Origin: Verrucomicrobiota bacterium
GTDB lineage: Bacteria > Verrucomicrobiota > Verrucomicrobiia > Limisphaerales > UBA1412
Direction of reading: 5' to 3'
Length of the DNA stretch: 64,000 bases
Assembly (NCBI GenBank): GCA_023230105.1
Contig: JALNXY010000006.1
Location: 76,886 to 140,885 of the forward strand
Each line of letters starts with the position of its first letter. The first letter of the stretch is position 1. Shown one piece after another: positions 9,333 to 16,533 of this stretch. Under the pieces are notes generated by a model. That model ran no database searches. It was not told the origin of the DNA and worked only from the letters and a program-made list of their open reading frames with translations. The translations under genes were made by a program, and so were the position numbers.

Positions 9333-10268
9333 ATGGATAGAAGGGCATTTCTGAAAAACATGAGTTTGGGTGCCGCGGGTCTGCTCCTGCCAGGCTGTGT
9401 CAGCAGTCGAACCGATAAGAGTGGACTTGTGGGTGAAGAGCTCATTAGAGACTCGCGTTTTAAAAAGGGTTTTCATCTCATAGATCCGGAGCTGAGAGTT
9501 CAGGATTATGGGCTCTGGCAGCCATTTTCGGAAGAGAAACCGGTTTGGGCAATTGCACAATGGGGGACCCGCGAAAAAGTAGTTCCCCTCAATCAGAGCT
9601 CTACTTTATCAAATTCCTGCAAGTCCATTTCCGTGGCTCGCAGCGGTTCAAAAACCGATTTAACTCTGGCTGTGAACGGCAATGAGGAGTATGAAGGAGT
9701 GCCCAGAAAGGGCGATGAGATGTGGGTTCACTTGCTCGTGGAGCAGGAAATAGAGTCCTTGCCGCGATTGGTGGATTTGAAAGCTTTAAACTTCCATCTG
9801 GAAGCCAAGCTCCTTCATTCGGTTCTCCATAAGCCGGAGCTTTTTGACGATGGAAAACATGCCGCTCAGTATCAGGCTTTCTTTTATCTTCAGGATCGAA
9901 ACAAGCAATCTGAAGGTTATGGAGAGATGATCTGGTTTGGAATTCCGGTTTATGACAATCGGAAGCGTAAGACCGAGCGTTATGAGGCGCTGGATTTTGC
10001 CGGTTCAGGCATGTTTATTTGTACTTTAGCGCACGAGGATTTATCTGCGGATTCAGCGCATGACGGCAAATGGATTACGCTGGAAGCCGATCTGCTCCCG
10101 GAAATGATCAAGGCTTACTCCATTGCCCGTGCAAAAGGTTTTATGAAGAAAACCAAAAGCCTGGAAGATATGCATCTCACGGGGATGAATATGGGGTGGG
10201 AGGTACCCGGGCTTCTGGATGTCAGTTTACAGGTTCGTCACCTGAGCCTTATTGCGGAGAAAATTTAA
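9333..10268 (+). CDS. Tat-signal lipoprotein of unknown function
   Basis: MDRRAFLKNMSLGAAGLLLPGC combines a twin-arginine motif (RRxFLK) with a lipobox Cys. I recognise no motif in the mature part. Confidence 0.5.
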   Translation: MDRRAFLKNMSLGAAGLLLPGCVSSRTDKSGLVGEELIRDSRFKKGFHLIDPELRVQDYGLWQPFSEEKPVWAIAQWGTREKVVPLNQSSTLSNSCKSISVARSGSKTDLTLAVNGNEEYEGVPRKGDEMWVHLLVEQEIESLPRLVDLKALNFHLEAKLLHSVLHKPELFDDGKHAAQYQAFFYLQDRNKQSEGYGEMIWFGIPVYDNRKRKTERYEALDFAGSGMFICTLAHEDLSADSAHDGKWITLEADLLPEMIKAYSIARAKGFMKKTKSLEDMHLTGMNMGWEVPGLLDVSLQVRHLSLIAEKI

Positions 10269-10275
10269 ATAAAAA

Positions 10276-10321
10276 GTGCAGGCTGCCGTTTCATTTTGCA
10301 GAAGCCTGCACTTTTGTTTTT
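10276..10321. terminator. Bidirectional rho-independent terminator between convergent genes
   Basis: Perfect 9-bp stem GTGCAGGCT/AGCCTGCAC, flanked by an A-run on the 5' side and a T-run on the 3' side. Confidence 0.6.
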
Positions 10322-10380
10322 CCCTTTCCAAACGCTTCAATCTGCCCTTAAGGGTTCGTGTAGGGTAAAGTTTATTAAGG

Positions 10381-11658
10381 TTATCTCCTCATGTTTCCTA
10401 TAAGGCCGCTGAGCCCACCCATTCCGTCTTTGCCCCCTCCGTTACCCGTAAAAAGGCTGAACATGATATCCTGAGCTATCTTAGCCTGGTCCACGGTGGG
10501 ACGTTCCTCATAGGCACCCGGGTTCAAGGAGTATTCCAATTGTTCTCTCGCAGTGCTGAACGCACTCCCCATACCTCGTGTTTGGCCATATTCCTGTTCC
10601 AGGGAATTGAGGAGACTGAGTCTGCTCTGAGCTACGTCCGGGGGGAGATCAGGAGGAGGCCCGCCTCTCTCGTTCATTCCCGTAAGACCCAGGACCAACA
10701 TAGCGCGAATAGGTGTGCCCACCACTTCGGAATGTATGGATCTGGAAAAAAGATCCGTAGCCTGTTCATTGGAGCCAACATAGTTCATGGCTACCCGGAT
10801 GAGGTCTGCCCTGTCGGCCATCGTCAGATCAGGATTCCCAAAAATACTGTGGATTAGCGGCATGGCATCCTCACCCATTGTTTTGTGGAGAAAATCCAGG
10901 ATATCGCGATCCATCTTACCATCTGCCATCAGCTGACCAGCCAGAACCTGTGCCATTTCAGTATCGTGCAGTTCAATCAGGAGGCTCAGGAGCTCCCGTT
11001 TATCATCACGGGCCAGGGAAGTATCGCTCAACATATTTCGAGCCGTAGTGATCGAAATATTTCGAAAAAGCTCCGGATCCAGGCTTAAAAGTATCCTGGC
11101 AATATAAGTCGCTTCTGAAGCGCTGAGAGCAGTCGGGAGCACTTGGCTCAATAGACCTATCGACTCAGAAGTGCCGATATCGCGCAGGACATCCGCCAGG
11201 CCCAGCCGCGTTGAAGGAGGAACGGGGACCCCTTCGTTGATATCAATAGAGGCAGAGCGAATTTTGCCGGATGAGGCCAGAATAACATTATGCCCGCTGG
11301 TATAGTAATCGCGGATGCTTGATATGGGGTTTTTCTTTGATTCGGTCAGAGCCTGGAAACAATAAATGGCCTTGCGGAGTTTTTTGCGTTCGCTTTCGCT
11401 ATCCAGAGTGTAAAGCATCTCGATGAGCGCTTCGGGATCATCCTGAAGATAGCCGGTTGAGGCGGAAAAAGAGCTCAAGGCCAGTTGATCGCGCATTTGC
11501 GCCATTTCTGCTTCCCATCGGGCTCGTTCTTCACTTAAAAGTTTTTCTTGAGCCTGAAGGGACGCATCCGCAGTGTGTCGTGCAGAAAAACGCTGCGCCA
11601 CCGCGACAACTACCAAAAGCGCCAAGGCTGAACAGAGAGCTATATTGATTCGATTCAT
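10381..11658 (-). CDS. N-terminally anchored coiled-coil/helical-repeat protein, paralog family member 1 (unknown function)
   Basis: 425-aa ORF with an N-terminal hydrophobic helix and an E/Q/A/L-rich segment. Collinear similarity to the ORFs at 36677-38014 and 38057-39544 (IRDYYTSGHNVIL, STRLGLADVL...SIGLLSQVLP). Confidence 0.6.
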   Translation of the reverse strand: MNRINIALCSALALLVVVAVAQRFSARHTADASLQAQEKLLSEERARWEAEMAQMRDQLALSSFSASTGYLQDDPEALIEMLYTLDSESERKKLRKAIYCFQALTESKKNPISSIRDYYTSGHNVILASSGKIRSASIDINEGVPVPPSTRLGLADVLRDIGTSESIGLLSQVLPTALSASEATYIARILLSLDPELFRNISITTARNMLSDTSLARDDKRELLSLLIELHDTEMAQVLAGQLMADGKMDRDILDFLHKTMGEDAMPLIHSIFGNPDLTMADRADLIRVAMNYVGSNEQATDLFSRSIHSEVVGTPIRAMLVLGLTGMNERGGPPPDLPPDVAQSRLSLLNSLEQEYGQTRGMGSAFSTAREQLEYSLNPGAYEERPTVDQAKIAQDIMFSLFTGNGGGKDGMGGLSGLIGNMRR

Positions 11659-11780
11659 CTTCGTTTCCTCAAAAACATCAAGGATGCTTTACGTATCCAT
11701 AAGATACACCAAAAGCGATTTTCGTGTCTTGAAAAAGTTCTCCGGGAGACAATGTGCTCATCGCCCAAGAAAACATGAAG

Positions 11781-11810
11781 AAAGTGGAGCGAAGTGTGGG
11801 GAAAAAGTGG
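11781..11810 (+). promoter_or_regulatory. Distal cluster of three AAGTG[G/T] direct repeats in the divergent intergenic region
   Basis: AAAGTGG (11781), GAAGTGT (11791), AAAGTGG (11804); start-to-start spacing 10 and 13 nt. Confidence 0.3.
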
Positions 11811-12053
11811 GGTAAAAATTATTTGCTTTTTTGTAGCAAAAAAAGTCCTGAAAAGAGCGAGAAAATCGTTGTGAATGATTTGTGAAAAGAGGGTCCATGC
11901 GGAGGCTTTTGAAGCTTCAATACTAATCACTATAACATCCTTATAATAAATATATTATATTGGATTTATCAGGTTATTTTCATGGTTCTGTGAATAACTT
12001 GTGAATAGAGGTGTTGAAAAAGGTTTTAAGAATTTTTAAGAAAAAAGGGTAGC

Positions 12054-12112
12054 GAAGTGTAGAAAAATGTAGAAAAAGTTTGTCGAAGTGTTGACAAAGT
12101 GTGGCGAGATGT
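12054..12112 (+). promoter_or_regulatory. Phased array of six AAGTGT-like direct repeats (candidate MraZ operator)
   Basis: GAAGTGT 12054, AAAATGT 12064, AAAAGTT 12074, GAAGTGT 12085, AAAGTGT 12096, GAGATGT 12106. Spacing is 10, 10, 11, 11, 10 nt. The array overlaps the -35 element and the spacer. Confidence 0.45.
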
Positions 12113-12118
12113 TAGAAT
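12091..12118 (+). promoter_or_regulatory. Near-consensus sigma70-type promoter of the dcw cluster (Pmra-like)
   Basis: TTGACA (12091-12096), 16-nt spacer, TAGAAT (12113-12118). Confidence 0.5.
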
Positions 12119-12161
12119 GGTCTCCGATTTTGAGGCCGTGAGTGATCAGCAGACCAAACCG

Positions 12162-12659
12162 ATGCGTTTTTATGCAACCTATCCGTTCGAGATAGATTCC
12201 AAGAGACGTGTCCAGATGCCCGCCAAGTGGAGACCCCCAGTTATTCAGGACGGGGGGCGCCGCATGGCTGCTATCGAGGTTGAGTTCATGCTGACACTGA
12301 CCCGAGTTCGGGGCGACTCCTGCGCTTGTATTACCGCTATGCCGGCGGAAGTATTCGAGGCTTATGCACAAAAGGTGGATGGTTTGCCTTTGCTCGATCC
12401 GGCGGCGGAGCGTTTGCGCCGTTTCCTGGGATCTCGTTCCGAGCCGGTGACGATGGATTCCGCGGGTCGAATCACTCTTCCCAAGTGGATGGCCGATAAG
12501 GTCGGAATCGAACAAAAGACGGGCGCAGATAAAAATTCTACGACGGTTGTTCTTCGAGGTGAGGTGGATCGTTTCAGCATTTGGAGCAAACAGAAGTTCG
12601 ATGCCGATGAAATCGAGAACCAAAAGGAAGATGATCAAGAGCTAGAGAATCAGATTTAA
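12162..12659 (+). CDS. mraZ: Transcriptional regulator MraZ
   Basis: Two SpoVT/AbrB-type half-domains, FEIDSKRRVQMPAKWR and MDSAGRITLPKWMADKVG. First gene of the dcw cluster. The start is uncertain (ATG 12162 preferred, GTG 12138 possible). GTG 12099 lies inside the predicted promoter. Confidence 0.85.
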   Translation: MRFYATYPFEIDSKRRVQMPAKWRPPVIQDGGRRMAAIEVEFMLTLTRVRGDSCACITAMPAEVFEAYAQKVDGLPLLDPAAERLRRFLGSRSEPVTMDSAGRITLPKWMADKVGIEQKTGADKNSTTVVLRGEVDRFSIWSKQKFDADEIENQKEDDQELENQI

Positions 12660-12679
12660 AACTGTTGAAAGGACAAGGA

Positions 12680-13129
12680 ATGGAGAGTCGAGAATTACGA
12701 AAAGAAGTGGTGCATCCAGTAAATGGATCCAATAGGGCCGCTGCAATGCAGTTTCTTGTACCCGCATCACAGGCAAGTCAGGTTGCTGAGCCTGTGCGGG
12801 CTGCGGTCGGTTCAGCACCTCAGGTCGGTTCAGCCGTGAGGATCGGCAAACCTCAAGCCGAGGCTCGGACAGGATTGCTTCGATTCTTGGACTACGTTCT
12901 GAATCCCTGGCGTGCGATTAGCCTCCAACGGGATTTAAGGGAACAAAAGAGGATGGAACGCCTTTCGAGGGTGCAGGTCCTCCGGAGTGATTTAACCTAT
13001 CAGGATGTGGAAATCCGTTTAAGTGGAAAGCTGATTTCCAGCCGAAAAGTTCAGAAACTTCTGAGTGAGGAGCCCACAGCCGAACAAACTTCTTTCCGCT
13101 CCTTGTTTAACAAAGTACGCCGCGCATGA
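12680..13129 (+). CDS. Hypothetical basic protein encoded between mraZ and rsmH
   Basis: An ORF fills the whole 470-nt mraZ-rsmH gap, and its stop lies 3 nt before the rsmH GTG. No TM segment and no recognised motif. The ATG at 12680 follows aaaggacaagga. Confidence 0.45.
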   Translation: MESRELRKEVVHPVNGSNRAAAMQFLVPASQASQVAEPVRAAVGSAPQVGSAVRIGKPQAEARTGLLRFLDYVLNPWRAISLQRDLREQKRMERLSRVQVLRSDLTYQDVEIRLSGKLISSRKVQKLLSEEPTAEQTSFRSLFNKVRRA

Positions 13130-13132
13130 AAA

Positions 13133-14065
13133 GTGGAACAACGTGCTCACAGCCCAGTTTTGTTGAAGGAGACGCTTCAACTGCTTTGCCCGAAGGCCGA
13201 TGGGGTCTACTGCGACGGAACGGTCGGTGGGGGTGGACACGCCTCCGCCATTCTCCAAATGAGCTCTCCGGCCGGAGTCTTATACGGCTGCGATCGAGAT
13301 GGAGATGAACTTGAGAGAACCGCTCGTCGTTTGGGTGAAGAGTTTAGAGAGCGTTGTCATTTTCAGCATGGAAATTATTCTCAAATAGAGATATTGTTCC
13401 CCGGGGTTCGGTTCGATGGGGTTTTGTTGGACCTGGGGTGCAGCTCTATGCAGTTGGATCAATCCCAACGCGGTTTCAGTTTTTTGGGTGACGGCCCCCT
13501 GGATATGAGGATGGATTCGAGCGATCCCGTAAAGGCTGAATCTGTGATTAATGAATATTCAGCGGAGCAATTAGCAGATATTTTTTACTACTACGGCGGA
13601 GAGAGAGAATCCAGAAGGTTAGCCAGAGCGATTGTAGAAGAGCGGGTGCTCAGGCGGTTTGTAAGCACCCGGCAATTAGCGGATTTTATTGAGGCAAAGA
13701 TGCCCAGAAGAGGTCAGAAGATTCATCCTGCAACACGAATATTCCAAGCTCTGAGGATAGAGACGAACCGTGAGTTTGAGCATTTGCAGGAAGCTCTGGA
13801 AAAACTGCCTCCTTTGATCAAGTCCGGGGGAAGATTGGCGGTAATAACATTTCACTCCGGTGAGGATCGGATCGTAAAAGTATTTGGAAGAGCCTGTGCA
13901 AGAGATTATGTTTTTGAGGGAAATGTCGATATCCCGGAGCTTCGTAAAGAAAGAGCGCCCATTTTCAAAATAATCACCCGCAGGCCCGTGGAGGCGGCTG
14001 AGGAAGAAGTGAAAGTAAACCCCCGAGCCAGAAGCGCCCGGCTCAGGGTCTACGAAAAAATTTAA
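13133..14065 (+). CDS. rsmH: 16S rRNA (cytosine1402-N4)-methyltransferase RsmH/MraW
   Basis: HSPVLLKETLQLL, SAM motif DGTVGGGGHA, FHSGEDRIVK. Canonical position after mraZ. Confidence 0.9.
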   Translation: MEQRAHSPVLLKETLQLLCPKADGVYCDGTVGGGGHASAILQMSSPAGVLYGCDRDGDELERTARRLGEEFRERCHFQHGNYSQIEILFPGVRFDGVLLDLGCSSMQLDQSQRGFSFLGDGPLDMRMDSSDPVKAESVINEYSAEQLADIFYYYGGERESRRLARAIVEERVLRRFVSTRQLADFIEAKMPRRGQKIHPATRIFQALRIETNREFEHLQEALEKLPPLIKSGGRLAVITFHSGEDRIVKVFGRACARDYVFEGNVDIPELRKERAPIFKIITRRPVEAAEEEVKVNPRARSARLRVYEKI

Positions 14066-14076
14066 CTCAACAAGCG

Positions 14077-14436
14077 ATGAATACCAGAACCAACAGATCT
14101 CAACCCGGATGGAAGTTCTTGCCCTTCAAGTTCGTCCTGGGTTCAGTCGGACTGGTCCTATTAATTTTGATTTTGGGTGTAGTGCATTTGCGGCTTCAGC
14201 AGCGGAATCATGATTTGGGGGAGAAACTCAGAGCTTACGAATTTGAGCTGAGGAATATTCGGGAAACCAATTCAGTGCTCTCTAAGGAACTAGGGCGGCT
14301 GAAAACTCCTGAAAATATCCTGAAGCGAGCCGGAAATATGAGTCTGGAACTCAGTCCCGTTATTGTGACTCAAATTGTCAGACTTCCGGAAGTTGAAATT
14401 CCGACTCCTGGAGAAGCTCTGGAAAAGGAAAGGTAA
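14077..14436 (+). CDS. ftsL: FtsL-like bitopic division protein
   Basis: 119 aa with a single TM (FVLGSVGLVLLILILGVVHL) followed by a coiled-coil-like segment. Positioned between rsmH and ftsI. Confidence 0.55.
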   Translation: MNTRTNRSQPGWKFLPFKFVLGSVGLVLLILILGVVHLRLQQRNHDLGEKLRAYEFELRNIRETNSVLSKELGRLKTPENILKRAGNMSLELSPVIVTQIVRLPEVEIPTPGEALEKER

Positions 14437-14439
14437 GCC

Positions 14440-16533
14440 ATGTTGAGAAGCAATCAGATTCAGTGGATGCGGGCAGTGATCTGCTTCCTTATTGGCGGTT
14501 TTCTTATTCTGTCCGGCCGGTTGACTTATATACAGGCTTATCGTCACGATAAATACAAAGGTATTTCAGAAGGTCGCGTGAATCGCACCGAGTTTTTTTC
14601 TCCCAGACGAGGTGAAATACGAGATGTCAACGGCAATCAACTGGCGGTTACGCGCGACGTACGAACCCTTGTTTTAGATCCCGGTCTTCTGGCAACTGTG
14701 GACCCTGTTACTCGCAGAGAGTATTTAGATTTGGTTTCTTCTTTATTGCATCTGGATAGAGGGTATTTAAACGAAAAGAGCCGTTATTTCAGGTCGGAAT
14801 CCGGGGATAACTGGGTCTTGCTCATGGATACCGTCGGGATGCCGGTGGTAACGGCTTCCGGAATTCCGATTTACTCCCCCCTGGATACGAATGGCGTTCC
14901 CAATTCTGACGTGATGGGTATCGCAGTGGTGGATCAAAATAATCTGCAATTGACAGACCGGCAGGGGAAACCTCTTTATGCACTCCTGAATAAAAAACGT
15001 GAGGTGATCACAAATCGTTATGAGCGGCTTTTAAAAGAACTACCGGTTGAAGAATGGGAGCAGGTCAGGAGGCGGATTGGCGAGTTCCCCATTGATAAAA
15101 ACCGGGAAGGATACAACAGGAAGACGGCCCTTTACTATGAAGCGTTGAGGAGGATCGTCGTCTACTCGGAACGCGACTTTAAACGTGAATACCCGAACGG
15201 CAGATTCATGGCTCATCTATTGGGATACACCCAAAGTGGTGAAAAAGAGCTGGAGGGTAAAAGCGGCTCCATTACAGTCATGAGAGGGCTGGAAGGAGTT
15301 GAGAGGGCGTTTAACGATCAATTAACCGGAACAGTCGGCTGGCGCGACAAAGTGGTGCGTAGCGATGGAAGCGAAATTCTTTCCAGCCGTGGGCATAGCT
15401 TTGAGGCCGGAGATGGCCTTACTGCGGTGCTGACCTTGGATTCAATCATACAGGGAATCGTCGAAGATGAGCTCAAGGGCGTAATGGAACGGCATTCCCC
15501 AAAATCGGCCTCTTGTGTGGTAGTCGAGGTAAAAACGGGTCGGGTTCTTGCCTATGCAATCGCTCCGGATTATGATCCCAATTTACCGTCGGCCTCCGAT
15601 CCGGAGAATTGGAGAAACCGGATTATCATGGATTTGATAGAGCCCGGGTCTACTTTCAAGATCGTTGCATTTTGCGCAGCTCTCAATGAAGGCCGTTATG
15701 GTGTAAAATCTCCGATAGATTGCTCTTCCTGGAATCGGGAATGGGGCCGGAGGCCAAAAGAATCCAGTGGGGGCAATTATGGAACTCTCACAATGGAAGA
15801 GATGCTGGCAAAATCCTCCAACGTCGGTTTTGCAAAGATGGGCTGGATGCTTTCGCCTTCAGTGCTCAATGAATATATCCGCAACTTCGGGTACCGCTCT
15901 TTAACCGGGATTATGCTGCCAGGAGAGAGGAGTCATACGAATAACGCAATCTTGCCCGATAAAGATAAGCTCAGCATCAGCCGTGTCCCCATAGGGCAAG
16001 GAATAGCCGTGAGCCAATTGCAGTCTACGATGGCCATGGGGGCTATAGCTAACGGGGGCATTCTGATGCGTCCGCAGATATTGGATCACCTGGAAGATGA
16101 TCTTGGGCGCTATGCCTATGAACAGATACCTCAGCCTGTAAGAAGAGTCATGAGCGAAAGAGTGGCCAAAGAGGCTGTTCATGCTCTCAGAACGGTTACT
16201 CAAAAGACTAGGACACATACCGGAACGGCCTGGCGTGCCGATATGAAATACCACACAGTTGGGGGGAAAACCGGAACTGCACAAAAAGCAGCACCTGGCG
16301 GAGGAGGATACAGTCCTGGCAAGTACTATGCCTCTTTTGTGGGTTTCTTTCCTACGAGTGACCCGGTGATTGTCATGAGCGTCGTAGTCGATGAACCCAA
16401 GCGGTCAGGCGGCTATTATGGAGGAACCGTTGCCTCTCCGGCGTTTAAAAACATTGCTGAAGGAATTGCCCTTTACTGGGCTATTCCCCCTGATAAAGAT
16501 TTGGAAACTAATACAGTGACAGTGAGAAGATGA
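14440..16533 (+). CDS. ftsI: Division transpeptidase FtsI (class B PBP)
   Basis: N-terminal TM, with STFK (GSTFKIVAF), SSN (KSSNVG) and KTGT (GGKTGTA) motifs in order. About 100 extra residues lie in the N-terminal module. Confidence 0.85.
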   Translation: MLRSNQIQWMRAVICFLIGGFLILSGRLTYIQAYRHDKYKGISEGRVNRTEFFSPRRGEIRDVNGNQLAVTRDVRTLVLDPGLLATVDPVTRREYLDLVSSLLHLDRGYLNEKSRYFRSESGDNWVLLMDTVGMPVVTASGIPIYSPLDTNGVPNSDVMGIAVVDQNNLQLTDRQGKPLYALLNKKREVITNRYERLLKELPVEEWEQVRRRIGEFPIDKNREGYNRKTALYYEALRRIVVYSERDFKREYPNGRFMAHLLGYTQSGEKELEGKSGSITVMRGLEGVERAFNDQLTGTVGWRDKVVRSDGSEILSSRGHSFEAGDGLTAVLTLDSIIQGIVEDELKGVMERHSPKSASCVVVEVKTGRVLAYAIAPDYDPNLPSASDPENWRNRIIMDLIEPGSTFKIVAFCAALNEGRYGVKSPIDCSSWNREWGRRPKESSGGNYGTLTMEEMLAKSSNVGFAKMGWMLSPSVLNEYIRNFGYRSLTGIMLPGERSHTNNAILPDKDKLSISRVPIGQGIAVSQLQSTMAMGAIANGGILMRPQILDHLEDDLGRYAYEQIPQPVRRVMSERVAKEAVHALRTVTQKTRTHTGTAWRADMKYHTVGGKTGTAQKAAPGGGGYSPGKYYASFVGFFPTSDPVIVMSVVVDEPKRSGGYYGGTVASPAFKNIAEGIALYWAIPPDKDLETNTVTVRR

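Noticed and set aside
11573-11930. ORFs 11573-11815 (+) and 11655-11930 (-) in the mraZ upstream region
   Set aside because: They are short, overlap the end of a real gene or repeat-rich promoter DNA, and have no RBS or motif. The region is better explained as regulatory.
12099-12161. GTG 12099 as the mraZ start
   Set aside because: It lies between the predicted -35 and -10 elements. The MraZ consensus N-terminus (F-x-G/A...D-x-K-G/R-R) begins right after the ATG at 12162. An alternative GTG at 12138 cannot be excluded.
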